From an uncultured Bacilli bacterium (GTDB lineage Bacteria; Bacillota_I; Bacilli_A; RF39; UBA660), in the NCBI GenBank assembly GCA_944350315.1, contig CALVON010000001.1, forward strand, positions 10,033 to 74,032: a stretch of 64,000 nt of DNA, in the 5' to 3' direction. Under the pieces are notes generated by a model. The model did not search any database. It saw only the letters and a list, made by a program, of their open reading frames with translations, and had not been told where the DNA came from. Made by a program: the position numbers and the translations under genes. Positions 21,594-31,714 of the stretch are shown in pieces; position 1 is the first letter of the stretch; every line of letters starts with the position of its first letter.

Positions 21594-21913
21594 TTAAGTT
21601 CATTTATAAATTTTCTTAACTGCTTAGCTTCACTCCCAAAAATAATCTTTAACTGATCATCTATCTCAACAACACCTTTAGCACCAAGCTTAATAATGCC
21701 TTCCTTGTTAGCCTTATTTATATCCTTAAGAGTAACCCTAAACCTAGACATTTCAAATTCTGTCTCTACAATATTATCTTTCCCACCTAAATATTCAACT
21801 AATTTATTAAATTCAAGTTTTAGATCTCTCTTATTACTTTTCTTAATTGCAAAAAATATAATAAGTAAAATACTAATAATTATAATATATTGATATATTT
21901 GCATTTTACACAC
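21590..21913 (-). CDS. Membrane-tethered PTS EIIB(Glc)-like domain protein lacking the phospho-cysteine
   Basis: An N-terminal TM is followed by LVEYLGGKDNIVETEFEMSRFRVTLKD...LGAKGVVEIDDQLKIIFGSEA, which matches the EIIB pattern GGK.NI....HCATRLR..L.D. Met replaces Cys. Confidence 0.6.
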   Translation of the reverse strand: MCKMQIYQYIIIISILLIIFFAIKKSNKRDLKLEFNKLVEYLGGKDNIVETEFEMSRFRVTLKDINKANKEGIIKLGAKGVVEIDDQLKIIFGSEAKQLRKFINELK

Positions 21914-22007
21914 CTCTACTAAATTATACTATAAAATAAAAATTATAACAATATTAATTGTCTAATTTTATCTAATTTGATATAATTAAAAAAGTAAGAG
22001 GTGGAAG

Positions 22008-23327
22008 ATGAAAAAATTAAATATACAAAAAGTTTTCTGGTTCATAAGCTTCCTATTCATTTTATCATGTTGTATTTTTTATGGTACCAGATTTCTTAAA
22101 CTATACTTAGAAAATAAGAAAGTAGAAATTAAAGAAGAAAATTCTCTAATAAAAGTAATAAGAGAAAATAATGCTGAAAATAAAAACTTTCAAATAGTTA
22201 ATGGCCAAAATTATTTTACCAATAACGATACAAACAACTATTTAGAATATTCAAACATCATGTGGCGAATTATTAAAGTAAATAGTGATAATTCAATTAC
22301 TGCAATTGCTGATAATTCACTAACGTCACTAGCTTTTGGTAAAAATTTAAACTATGAAGATTCACAAATTAATAAATGGCTAAATAATTTTGATGAAGAA
22401 TATACTGGAATTTTAGAAAATTCTCTAAACGAAGTTGAAACATATCTTCAAAAAACATCTACTTGTATAGATACATATAATGAAATAACTAATACTCCAT
22501 GTAGTAATACTACTGAAAAATATTATCTAAGTCTACTCTCAATAGCAGACTACTTAAATATTGGAAGCAAAGACAGTTATCTAAATAATGATGAATTTTA
22601 TTATTTAAGCAGTACAAATGATGAAAACAAAATTTGGTACATTAATGATGATGGTGAAGTATCATCTAATAGTGGAACTGATATATTAGGAATAAAACCA
22701 GTTATAACAATCAAAGCTAACATTGACTATGTAAGTGGTGATGGAACAAAAGATAATCCATATAAAATAGAAAAAGAAAATAATTTATTTGGAGCATATG
22801 TTAAACTTGATGATGATATTTGGAGAATATATCAAGTAAATGAAACAGAAGTAAGATTAATGTTGAATAATTACCTTCAAGTATCTGGAAATAATCTAAC
22901 ATACAACTATTCTAAAAAAACATCATATTATGATGATTATAGTTATGGTTCTATTGCTTATTATTTGAATCACACATTCTTAAACTCTTTATCATATAAA
23001 GATAAAATAAAAGAAGTGTATTGGCCAAATGGATACTATAATAGCGATAATAATTATGACTACACTACCGCATTAAATAGTGAAATAAATAGCAAAGTAG
23101 CCCTAATGAGCATAGGAAATATTTTTCTAAATAGTGACCTAACAAATTATTCTACTATGACAGGATCTATAGAAAAAGGAAATTACATCTATGTTATGCA
23201 ATCATCAAATAAAATATATACCAGAAATATTTCTGGAGAATCAAATATTATACCTACTATTAGTATTGAAAAAGAATTATTAACAAAAGGTAATGGAACG
23301 TATGATAACCCATACGAAATGGAGTAA
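22008..23327 (+). CDS. N-terminally anchored extracytoplasmic protein with two repeats ending in G[DN]GT.DNPY
   Basis: 439 aa with TM VFWFISFLFILSCCIFYG. Repeat ends are SGDGTKDNPYKIE and KGNGTYDNPYEME. Family not recognised. Confidence 0.6.
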   Translation: MKKLNIQKVFWFISFLFILSCCIFYGTRFLKLYLENKKVEIKEENSLIKVIRENNAENKNFQIVNGQNYFTNNDTNNYLEYSNIMWRIIKVNSDNSITAIADNSLTSLAFGKNLNYEDSQINKWLNNFDEEYTGILENSLNEVETYLQKTSTCIDTYNEITNTPCSNTTEKYYLSLLSIADYLNIGSKDSYLNNDEFYYLSSTNDENKIWYINDDGEVSSNSGTDILGIKPVITIKANIDYVSGDGTKDNPYKIEKENNLFGAYVKLDDDIWRIYQVNETEVRLMLNNYLQVSGNNLTYNYSKKTSYYDDYSYGSIAYYLNHTFLNSLSYKDKIKEVYWPNGYYNSDNNYDYTTALNSEINSKVALMSIGNIFLNSDLTNYSTMTGSIEKGNYIYVMQSSNKIYTRNISGESNIIPTISIEKELLTKGNGTYDNPYEME

Positions 23328-23330
23328 AAT

Positions 23331-24371
23331 ATGAATAAAGTAAAAAACAAAAAAAGAAAAAAAATCTATAAAACAACTATTATTTTTGTCATTTTAGACT
23401 TACTTGCAATTGGTGGCTTTGTAATGATGTATGGGCCCTGGGGTTACATTAGAAATCTGTATGTAACTACTGCCATGAAAACAAAAGATCACCAATATTT
23501 AGCAAATATATTTTATAGTGATAAAAAAATTGAAGAAATAATAAACAGTAACTATTTTATTGAAATAAAAGAAGATGTTAAATTAGATGACATTGTAATA
23601 GATACCTCTCCTAAAGATAGTTATGACAATGAATATGATAAAGAAATATTAACACGTACTGAAGGAAACGATGACTATAAAATAATTGATATTAAAGTTG
23701 GTATATCAAAAGGATACTTAATTGCTATATATGACCCAACCAAAGTATCTTTAATTAGAGCAAAAAATTTTAACGTTGGAACATATGGTGAACAAGTAAC
23801 CGCTATGTGTAATAGATATAATGGTCTAGTATGCATCAATGCCGGTGGATTTAATGATGATACTGGAAGAGGATCAGACATCCCATTAGGATACGTTATT
23901 GATGATGGTGAAATTGTTTGGCCCGCTAATAATTGGGATACAACTAGAGGAAATTTAATCGGATTTAATGATGAAGGAAAACTATTATTACTATCAGATA
24001 CTACTGGAAATGAAGCATTAGAACAAGGAATGATCGATGGTGTCGAATTTGGTCCATTCTTAATTGTAAATGGTAAACCATTAGAAATTGTTGGAGACCC
24101 TTGGGGAAAATCACCACGTGTGGCAATTGGACAAAGAAAAGATGGAGTTGTACTATTTTTAGTAATTGATGGCGAAAATTATATTGATGGTGCCTCACTT
24201 CAAGAAGTTGTTGATGTACTAATGAAATATGGTGCATACAATGCAGCAAACCTAGATGGAGGTCATTCATCTTCCTTATCTATAAATGGTAAGTTATATA
24301 ATAATCCACCATCTGTTGCTAAAAAACAAGGTGGAAGATATGTTGTCACTGGATTTGGATTATTAAAATAA
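23331..24371 (+). CDS. Phosphodiester glycosidase (NAGPA/DUF2233-like) family protein, membrane-anchored
   Basis: NAGGFND, SPRVAIGQRKDG, LFLVIDG and AANLDGGHSSSL motifs. There is a 3-nt gap to the upstream gene. Confidence 0.65.
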   Translation: MNKVKNKKRKKIYKTTIIFVILDLLAIGGFVMMYGPWGYIRNLYVTTAMKTKDHQYLANIFYSDKKIEEIINSNYFIEIKEDVKLDDIVIDTSPKDSYDNEYDKEILTRTEGNDDYKIIDIKVGISKGYLIAIYDPTKVSLIRAKNFNVGTYGEQVTAMCNRYNGLVCINAGGFNDDTGRGSDIPLGYVIDDGEIVWPANNWDTTRGNLIGFNDEGKLLLLSDTTGNEALEQGMIDGVEFGPFLIVNGKPLEIVGDPWGKSPRVAIGQRKDGVVLFLVIDGENYIDGASLQEVVDVLMKYGAYNAANLDGGHSSSLSINGKLYNNPPSVAKKQGGRYVVTGFGLLK

Positions 24372-24378
24372 AAAATAC

Positions 24379-24407
24379 TTGCATTTTTCTAAAAAATATA
24401 ATATAAT
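24379..24407 (+). promoter_or_regulatory. Sigma-A-like promoter (TTGCAT-17-TATAAT) with no downstream CDS
   Basis: TTGCAT at 24379-24384, a 17-nt spacer, then TATAAT at 24402-24407. Confidence 0.4.
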
Positions 24408-24413
24408 GAAATA

Positions 24414-24493
24414 GACATGTAATACCACATACAATGTATACCGCCGCAAAAACCGTACATTGTATAAACGCCACATTACATGTCATTTTTTTA
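24414..24493 (+). ncRNA. Candidate small RNA: long imperfect hairpin plus U-tract, class unknown
   Basis: GACATGTAAT (24414-24423) pairs with ATTACATGTC (24475-24484). ATACAATGTA (24428-24437) pairs with TACATTGTAT (24456-24465). A TTTTTTT tract follows. It starts about 7 nt after the -10 element. Confidence 0.3.
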
Positions 24494-24504
24494 GCAATAA
24501 ATTT

Positions 24505-24534
24505 CCACCAGTATAGCTGGTGGTTTTTATTTTT
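24505..24534 (+). terminator. Rho-independent terminator
   Basis: CCACCAG-TATAG-CTGGTGG followed by TTTTTATTTTT. Confidence 0.65.
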
Positions 24535-24660
24535 AATCTATAAAACTATACTGCTTGCCCCACTGTCGATATATATTACCTATTACCATTTAAAAAGGAC
24601 AAAATCTTCTAATGTATTTGTCATCATATTTAATCTTCTTTTAGAGATTTTTTATAAACA

Positions 24661-24702
24661 ATAAAAATAGGCTTTAAGTATTTTTACTTAAAAGCCTTTT
24701 TT
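24661..24702. terminator. Bidirectional hairpin terminator downstream of recA
   Basis: AGGCTTTAAGTA-TTTT-TACTTAAAAGCCT, flanked by T-runs on both strands. Confidence 0.6.
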
Positions 24703-24716
24703 ATATATATCAAATA

Positions 24717-25745
24717 CTAATTTTCAGAGTCTTTTTCTTTTTTATTTTTCTTCTTTATTCCATAATATTCTCTGACTTTATCATCTATTTCATTTTTAAA
24801 ATCTTCATTATTTTTAAATAATAATTTTACATTTTCTCTTCCCTGAGCTAACTTTTCTCCCTTATAAGAATACCATGCTCCACTTTTTTCAATAATATTT
24901 GCTTCACAAGCTAAATCAATAAGTTCCCCCTCTTGTGAAACCCCTTCTCCATACATTATATCAACAACAGCACTCTTAAATGGTGGCGCAACCTTATTTT
25001 TAACAACCTTAATTGTTGTTTTATTACCAACGACATCTGCACCATTTTTTATTTGTTCACCGCGCCTAATATCCAATCTAACAGACGAATAATATTTTAA
25101 TGCTTTACCACCTGGAGTAGTTTCTGGATTTCCAAACATAACACCAACTTTTTCACGAAGTTGATTGATAAAAATAACAATTGTATTTGTCTTATTTATT
25201 GAACCAGATAATTTTCTAAGTGCTTGAGACATTAACCTTGCTTGAAGTCCCACATGACTATCACCCATCTCACCATCAATCTCTGCTTGTGGTACTAATG
25301 CAGCCACAGAATCAATAACAATTATACTGATAGCTTCACTTTTAACTAATGCATCGCATATCTCTAAAGCTTGTTCTCCCGTATCAGGTTGACTAAGTAA
25401 TAATTCATCAATGTTAACCCCTATTTTAGAAGCATACACTGGATCTAAAGAATGTTCCGCATCTATAAATGCTGCTCTACCACCATTCTTTTGTACCTCT
25501 GCAATTGCTTGAAGTGCAAAAGTAGTCTTTCCAGAAGATTCTGGACCATATATTTCAATAATTCTTCCTTTGGGATACCCCCCAACACCTAACGCTATAT
25601 CTAAAGATATTGAGCCACTTGATACTACATCTACTTCAATATTTTTTTGTTCACCTAATTTCATAATTGAACCTTTTCCAAATTGTTTTTCAATATCGGC
25701 TAAAACTTGAGCTAATGCCTTGTCTTTTTCAACTGTCTTACTCAT
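24717..25745 (-). CDS. recA: Recombinase RecA
   Basis: GPESSGKTT Walker [42 protein letters not shown] before the ATG at 25745. The ORF-track extension runs through the promoter. Confidence 0.95.
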   Translation of the reverse strand: MSKTVEKDKALAQVLADIEKQFGKGSIMKLGEQKNIEVDVVSSGSISLDIALGVGGYPKGRIIEIYGPESSGKTTFALQAIAEVQKNGGRAAFIDAEHSLDPVYASKIGVNIDELLLSQPDTGEQALEICDALVKSEAISIIVIDSVAALVPQAEIDGEMGDSHVGLQARLMSQALRKLSGSINKTNTIVIFINQLREKVGVMFGNPETTPGGKALKYYSSVRLDIRRGEQIKNGADVVGNKTTIKVVKNKVAPPFKSAVVDIMYGEGVSQEGELIDLACEANIIEKSGAWYSYKGEKLAQGRENVKLLFKNNEDFKNEIDDKVREYYGIKKKNKKEKDSEN

Positions 25746-25770
25746 ATTTCCTCCCTTACAGTATGAACTA

Positions 25771-25799
25771 ATTATATATTTATTTTTTCTTTTTGTCAA
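25771..25799 (-). promoter_or_regulatory. Consensus sigma-A promoter of recA (TTGACA-17-TATAAT)
   Basis: The minus strand reads TTGACA (25799..25794), a 17-nt spacer, then TATAAT (25776..25771). Confidence 0.6.
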
Positions 25800-25808
25800 T
25801 AGTTTTTT

Positions 25809-25822
25809 CAAACATTTGTTTG
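25809..25822. promoter_or_regulatory. Palindrome CAAACA-TT-TGTTTG, a possible degenerate LexA (Cheo-type) box
   Basis: AAAC-N4-GTTT compared with the Bacillus consensus GAAC-N4-GTTC. It lies immediately upstream of the recA -35. Confidence 0.3.
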
Positions 25823-25882
25823 TAATTATTGCAATAACAAGTCATCATTTTTTTAAATTCTGAAAAAAGAAAATGCCAAAAA

Positions 25883-27829
25883 TTATTTAGCACTTTCCAA
25901 ATCTCTAATTAAATCATATGTTATTAAATTATATGATACTGATATAATATCATCTGCATATTCACTATTTTTCTTGATATAATCATCTGATATAACTCCC
26001 GGTGATAATGCATAAGCTTCATTATCTTTTGAATTATAATAAATTTTATCTGTTATATAAGAACCATCTTTAAAAACAACAATTCCATCTTCTTTAGATA
26101 TATTCATTATATCTTTTCCTAAAGCATACTTATTATATATCCCTAACATATTACCTAAAGTAACACCAGCATCAATCATCCCCATAGGAGTATCAACATC
26201 AAGTTCGAATTGCGTATCTTTAGTCCATATGATAAATGGCACTTTTTTACTTAATTCATAATCATAATCATTAAATTCAACATAATTATCATCTCTCTCA
26301 TTTAATACCCTATCACTAATTGGATCATAATTATACATATATTCAAACTGTTTTTTACCAAGTCTAGCATCATGATCACCATATATTACAATTACTGTGT
26401 TCTCAAGTAACCCTGCTTCATCCATATCATTTATAAATTGTCCAATTGCCTCATCCATATAATTGACGGCCTTAATATAATTTCCCATTGTTTTTCCTTC
26501 AAGATAATCTCTAACTACATCTTCTCCATCAATTGAAACAGTCATTGAAACATCATAATCACTATAAATTTCTGTATCACTCCATGGAGTATGATTTGTA
26601 AGAGTAATTAATGTTCCATAGTAAGGTTCTCCAATATTATTTTTAATATCACTAATCATTGGTACTACCTGTCTAAAAAATGATTTATCAGACAACCCCA
26701 ATCCATATTCTTCATCTATTACAAAACTAGATTTAGAATAAAATTTATCATATCCCATATTAATATGCATTGCATCTCTATTCCAAAAGTCCCCATTATT
26801 ACCATGCATACTAAATACATAGTATCCTTTATTATTAAGCATATTCTGAACAGTAACAAATTTATTATTATAATAATTTACAAAAACCGTTCCTGTATTA
26901 GCAGGAAGCAAACTAGTAGCATAAGTAAATTCAGTATCACTACTAGTACCAACTCCAACTTGCGCATAAAAATTACTAAAATAAATTCCTTCTTTAGCTA
27001 ATTTATTTAAATTAGGAGTAACCTCTTCATCATTAAAAGATAAACCTAATGTAAAAGATTGTAAACTTTCTGCATGAATAACAATAATATTTTTTCCTTC
27101 AAATATTCCCGTATAATCATTAACGCTCTGAACATTACCGTTTTTTCCATAATATTCTTTTACCTCTTTTAAAGCTCCGTCATAACCAAATATATTATTA
27201 AAAGTAGGTTTTAAACTTTGAACAATATCATCTACTTGATATACATAAACCCCAAAATTATTTACAACAGAAACTCTATTCCAAAGTTTAATTAAGCGAC
27301 TAAAAGATGTATATGGCGGTAATGCACAACCAACTCCTAATGAAATTAAAGAAATAATTGCCATCTCTAAAAACCAATTTTTATAGATTTTTACATCAAA
27401 TTTATATTTTTTTATTACTATAAATAATCCTATCAATTCCCATAAATATATCCAATCAGTAATCCTAATTGCAAAATCTAATACTACATCTCCAAAATCC
27501 TTTAAAAAAACTGATGTTGCAAGTAAAGAAACTGATACAAAAGATGAATAGTAGTTATAATATATTGAATTTATTACACAACAAGCAATCAATATTATAG
27601 AAACTATTATAAAATAAAAATTTTTCTTTTTAACCAATAAGGAAAATCCAGCTAGTAATAAAACAACTCCAAAATCAAAAAATAATGCCCTAATAGCAAA
27701 TGATCCTGTTGTAAAAATTCTAAATAATACTGCGTTAATAAAATTTGCAACAACAAAATACAATATAATTGGATAATTTTTTTCAATATTTTTAAACAAT
27801 TCTTTAAATTTTTTTATTTTTAATTTCAT
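25883..27829 (-). CDS. ltaS: LTA synthase family protein (5-TM N-terminus plus extracellular sulfatase-like domain)
   Basis: Polytopic N-terminus and a sulfatase-fold region (IIVIHAESLQSF, TNHTPW, IYGDHD). Confidence 0.8.
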   Translation of the reverse strand: MKLKIKKFKELFKNIEKNYPIILYFVVANFINAVLFRIFTTGSFAIRALFFDFGVVLLLAGFSLLVKKKNFYFIIVSIILIACCVINSIYYNYYSSFVSVSLLATSVFLKDFGDVVLDFAIRITDWIYLWELIGLFIVIKKYKFDVKIYKNWFLEMAIISLISLGVGCALPPYTSFSRLIKLWNRVSVVNNFGVYVYQVDDIVQSLKPTFNNIFGYDGALKEVKEYYGKNGNVQSVNDYTGIFEGKNIIVIHAESLQSFTLGLSFNDEEVTPNLNKLAKEGIYFSNFYAQVGVGTSSDTEFTYATSLLPANTGTVFVNYYNNKFVTVQNMLNNKGYYVFSMHGNNGDFWNRDAMHINMGYDKFYSKSSFVIDEEYGLGLSDKSFFRQVVPMISDIKNNIGEPYYGTLITLTNHTPWSDTEIYSDYDVSMTVSIDGEDVVRDYLEGKTMGNYIKAVNYMDEAIGQFINDMDEAGLLENTVIVIYGDHDARLGKKQFEYMYNYDPISDRVLNERDDNYVEFNDYDYELSKKVPFIIWTKDTQFELDVDTPMGMIDAGVTLGNMLGIYNKYALGKDIMNISKEDGIVVFKDGSYITDKIYYNSKDNEAYALSPGVISDDYIKKNSEYADDIISVSYNLITYDLIRDLESAK

Positions 27830-27944
27830 ATTTAATAACCTTCTTTAATATATAAGTAAATTATATCATATTTTTGTAAATTAGACTACTATTATTTACT
27901 TGAGATTAACTTTTTGATATAATAACAATATATATGGTGATTTT

Positions 27945-29894
27945 ATGAAAGTAATTAAAAATTTAAATTTTAACAAAGAAAAAATTTTAAAATTTTTAAA
28001 AGAAATTTTAAGTTTTATTAATAACTATAAATATATTGTCTTTTTATCACTACCATTAATAGCGATGGATATAATTACTAGACTATTTGGACATGATATT
28101 AATTTTTATAATACATTAAGCATAACGCCCAATTTATTTACTATCTCATGGATTTTTTTATTCCTTGGAATAACCTTATTTTTAAAAAAGAAAATTGGAA
28201 AATACATATATATTTTTATAAATATAGTATTTTTAAGTATATTTTTAATTAATAATATTTACTACTCAATGACTAAAACTTTTTTTGACTTTAATCTTTT
28301 AGAATCAGCATCAGAAGGTGCTCCATATGTCATAGACACTATTAAAAATAGTAATCCTTTAGTATATATTTCTGCTATTTTTATTATCTTTTTAATCTAT
28401 ATTGGATACAAAAGAATTCCATATAAGTCAAAAAATAATTATAAATATTTTGTAAGTACAATTATTATCTTTTTAATAGCCCATTCTATCATTCCCTCAA
28501 CTTTAGGAAAAGCAAATTCAGAATTAACCTGGTCTACATGGAAAAATCCAAGAAATATTTATATTTCATTCAATGATAGTAATAAATCTATGAAAATAAG
28601 TGGATTATATGAATATACTATTAGAAATTTTTATATTACTTTTTTAAAAACAGAAGAACAAGAAAATAGTGAAGATGTTGAATTCTTAAACAATGCATTT
28701 TCTGAATATGAAGAATATAAAAATAAATATACTGGAAAATTTAATGGTAAAAATTTAATTTTTATACAATTAGAGGGAATTGATGATTGGTTATTAACAG
28801 AAGAAGACACCCCAACATTATATAAAATGTTAAATAATTCTTTTAACTTTACAAATCATTATTCATATTATAATGGTGGAGGATCAACATTCAATTCAGA
28901 ATTTGCTGTTAACACTGGATTTATAACACCGCTATCATATACGCAAAATGCTTATACTTTTAATAAAAATAGTTTCCCTTATTCCATGGCACATCTATTT
29001 AAAAATGAAGGCTATACTGTAAATGCCTTTCATATGAATACAGGTGAATATTATTCAAGAACAGTTAATTATAAAAATTGGGGATATGATAACTATTATG
29101 GACTAATAGATATTGAAAAATATGAAGATGAATCATATCAATTAGATAGAGAGCTAATATTAAACGAAACATTTAATGAACTTATGTTTCCTACTGATAA
29201 AAATTTTGTTGATTATATTATTACTTACTCTGCCCATCTACCTTTCAATGATGAAAAAGGAGTTTGTAAATTATTATATGATTTAGATAATACTAAAGAA
29301 GAAACTGATGATGATAAAGAAAATAATGATATTGAAACAGTAATAGAAGAAAAAATTAAAATGACTGAAGAAGAATGTGCTAGAAGGCAAGCAAAAGAAA
29401 CAGACTACATGATTGAACTATTATTACAAAATTTAGAAGAAAAAAATCTTATTGAAAATACTGTTATTGTTGTCTTTACAGACCATTATTTATATACCCT
29501 TGAAGATAAAACTATTTTAGATAAGTACAAAAATACCGCCAATAATTTAATTAATCATACACCATTCTTTATTTGGAGCAATAACGGAGAAAAAATTAAC
29601 ATAAATGACGTAACATCACAATTAAATATATTACCCACTGTTTTAAACTTATTTGGTATTAATTATAACCCAAACAACTATATTGGTGGCGATGCATTAA
29701 ATCCGCAATATGAAGGAATAGTATTCTTTAGCGATTACTCTTGGTATGATGGTAATGTTTATGTAGAAAATGGAGAAGTTGCTAATAATAAAAATATATC
29801 ATATAATCAATTAGAAGAAAAAAATTATTATATTAACTACATAACAAAGAAAAATGATCTCGCACTAAAATTTAATTATTTTAAAGATAAATAA
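27945..29894 (+). CDS. Second LTA synthase family (sulfatase-domain) protein, divergent from the first
   Basis: Same architecture (LIFIQLEGIDDW, YSAHLPF, VVFTDHY). Contains an acidic insertion (EETDDDKENNDIE). Confidence 0.75.
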   Translation: MKVIKNLNFNKEKILKFLKEILSFINNYKYIVFLSLPLIAMDIITRLFGHDINFYNTLSITPNLFTISWIFLFLGITLFLKKKIGKYIYIFINIVFLSIFLINNIYYSMTKTFFDFNLLESASEGAPYVIDTIKNSNPLVYISAIFIIFLIYIGYKRIPYKSKNNYKYFVSTIIIFLIAHSIIPSTLGKANSELTWSTWKNPRNIYISFNDSNKSMKISGLYEYTIRNFYITFLKTEEQENSEDVEFLNNAFSEYEEYKNKYTGKFNGKNLIFIQLEGIDDWLLTEEDTPTLYKMLNNSFNFTNHYSYYNGGGSTFNSEFAVNTGFITPLSYTQNAYTFNKNSFPYSMAHLFKNEGYTVNAFHMNTGEYYSRTVNYKNWGYDNYYGLIDIEKYEDESYQLDRELILNETFNELMFPTDKNFVDYIITYSAHLPFNDEKGVCKLLYDLDNTKEETDDDKENNDIETVIEEKIKMTEEECARRQAKETDYMIELLLQNLEEKNLIENTVIVVFTDHYLYTLEDKTILDKYKNTANNLINHTPFFIWSNNGEKININDVTSQLNILPTVLNLFGINYNPNNYIGGDALNPQYEGIVFFSDYSWYDGNVYVENGEVANNKNISYNQLEEKNYYINYITKKNDLALKFNYFKDK

Positions 29895-29913
29895 AAGAGA
29901 ACTTAGTTCTCTT

Positions 29914-30108
29914 TTATAATGGCCAATCATTAATAAACATCAATATACAAAATACTATCAATAATATTGTATATACAATTTTTATAATAAAAGTTAAAAA
30001 TTTCAGTAATTTTTTATTTTTAATTTTCTTATTTAGATATCTAATAGGTTTTAAATAAAAAGTTGTAGCAAAACCTTCATTATAAATTTGATTAATATAA
30101 CTTTTCAT
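29914..30108 (-). CDS. Small single-TM protein translationally abutting the GT2 synthase
   Basis: The ATG at 30108 lies 1 nt after the GT2 stop. It starts MKSYINQ... and carries the TM FLTFIIKIVYTILLIVFCILMFI. Confidence 0.4.
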   Translation of the reverse strand: MKSYINQIYNEGFATTFYLKPIRYLNKKIKNKKLLKFLTFIIKIVYTILLIVFCILMFINDWPL

Positions 30109-30109
30109 T

Positions 30110-31618
30110 TTACTGCCCCTTATTAATATCATCAATAGTCACTTTACTTTCATGAGGAATTGGTTTCCAAGTTACATTCATAAATAAAGCTGCATAAATT
30201 GTATATCTTCCAATAATATCAAACGTTGGCCACGTAAATACATATAATATTTTTTTCCAAAAATTAATCTTCTTTATTCTAGCATTTTCTATTATAAACA
30301 AATATACGGCTAACCACATATTAACAAAATAGCTACCTATTCTATATAATAACCTAAGCCATATTGATACAATAAAGCCTATAAATAAAGCCGATATTCC
30401 TGGATTTAAATTAATTCTAATATCAAAATAGTTTCTTAATAATTTCGCTAACCACGTACTACCCCCAAAAACTGATAAATTATTTATTCCATTAGAATAA
30501 GAATAACAAGAATATATCAAAACAGAAACAATTAACCATCTACATAAATTTAAAAATGAAATTGGTGTTAATTGTACTAAAGTATCAAAAGAAGCAAATC
30601 TATGTCTAATTGATTCTACAAAAGATAAACATTTTACTTTAAAGCTTTTTTTCTTTTTAACTTCTTGAGTTCTCCAACTAGTTTTAATATATTTTTTACC
30701 TAAAAATATATTTAAAAATAAATATGGTCCAGTTTGTGCAAAAGCTTGTAAATGCCCTTTAGACCAACGAAGTCTTTGTCTTAAAGCAACTCTCAAATTA
30801 ACTGGTTGTTCATCATAAAACTCTGCCTCATCTTGATAAGATATTTGATATCCTTGAGCAACTGCATCCGCTGTTAATGCTCTATCTTCGGTAAGTGATG
30901 TATAATGCCAACCATCTTTAACTATTTCATTTGCAAATAAAAATCCTGTTCCTTGTATATTTGTTGCTAACCTTAATACACTCCTTGCTCTATGATTAGT
31001 TCTAATTGATCTTATCCAATGAAGCGCATAAGTAGATGCTATCCAATTTTCATCAAAATTTTTTGTATTTCTATATGATGTTATAATTTTTTCACCAGAG
31101 TCAAAAGCATCATTCATTTTACTAATATAATTTGTTTTTAATAAATTATCTGCATCAAATATAAAATATCCTTCAAAACTCATTCTTCCATAATCTTCTT
31201 CAATTCTATCAAGTAAAAACTCCAAAGCGTAACCCTTAGTCCTATGTTCAGTATCAGTTCTCTCATAACAAATAGCACTATGTTTTCTTGCTATATCTGC
31301 TGTATTATCGGTACAATTATCAGCTACAACAAAAACAGTTAATAATTCTTTAGGATAATCTTGTTTGTTAATACTATCAAGTAAATTACCAATAACATAT
31401 TTTTCATTTCTAGCAGCAATTAATATTGCATATTTGTGCTTTTTCTTTGCAGGTTTAAACTTTCTTGTCCATAATATTCCTATTATAAAATAAAAAGTTT
31501 TATGTATTACAATAACACTAAAAAAAATACCAATTATATCATAAATATCTTTACTTATTGGATATATTCCCCCTATAGCTTTTATAATAGTATCAATTAA
31601 ATCACTTAATACTTGCAT
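30110..31618 (-). CDS. Membrane-embedded processive family-2 glycosyltransferase (PgaC/IcaA/cellulose-synthase-like)
   Basis: AARNEKYVIGNLLDSI, VVADNCTDNT, FDADN, TEDRALT and the Q(R)xRW motif QRLRWSKGH, with flanking TM helices. Confidence 0.8.
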   Translation of the reverse strand: MQVLSDLIDTIIKAIGGIYPISKDIYDIIGIFFSVIVIHKTFYFIIGILWTRKFKPAKKKHKYAILIAARNEKYVIGNLLDSINKQDYPKELLTVFVVADNCTDNTADIARKHSAICYERTDTEHRTKGYALEFLLDRIEEDYGRMSFEGYFIFDADNLLKTNYISKMNDAFDSGEKIITSYRNTKNFDENWIASTYALHWIRSIRTNHRARSVLRLATNIQGTGFLFANEIVKDGWHYTSLTEDRALTADAVAQGYQISYQDEAEFYDEQPVNLRVALRQRLRWSKGHLQAFAQTGPYLFLNIFLGKKYIKTSWRTQEVKKKKSFKVKCLSFVESIRHRFASFDTLVQLTPISFLNLCRWLIVSVLIYSCYSYSNGINNLSVFGGSTWLAKLLRNYFDIRINLNPGISALFIGFIVSIWLRLLYRIGSYFVNMWLAVYLFIIENARIKKINFWKKILYVFTWPTFDIIGRYTIYAALFMNVTWKPIPHESKVTIDDINKGQ

Positions 31619-31714
31619 TTTACTTCCTCCAAAATACTACATAATTATAACACAATAAATCTTTTTATTCAATAAATCAACAATGTATGTTATAATTTAT
31701 AAAAGGGAGGCAAT

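Noticed and set aside
24434-24664. 76-aa plus-strand ORF in the recA-distal intergenic region
   Set aside because: It runs straight through two Rho-independent terminators and has no RBS. The region is better explained as a structured RNA plus terminators.
25746-25811. N-terminal extensions in the ORF track for recA, and likewise for glyQS (54673-54726), the cysteine desulfurase (41631-41702), helD, folD, the pilin and the giant protein
   Set aside because: Each extension lacks an RBS, crosses a promoter or the upstream gene, and starts at an alternative codon or an upstream ATG. An internal ATG with a strong GGAGG-type RBS matches the conserved protein N-terminus.
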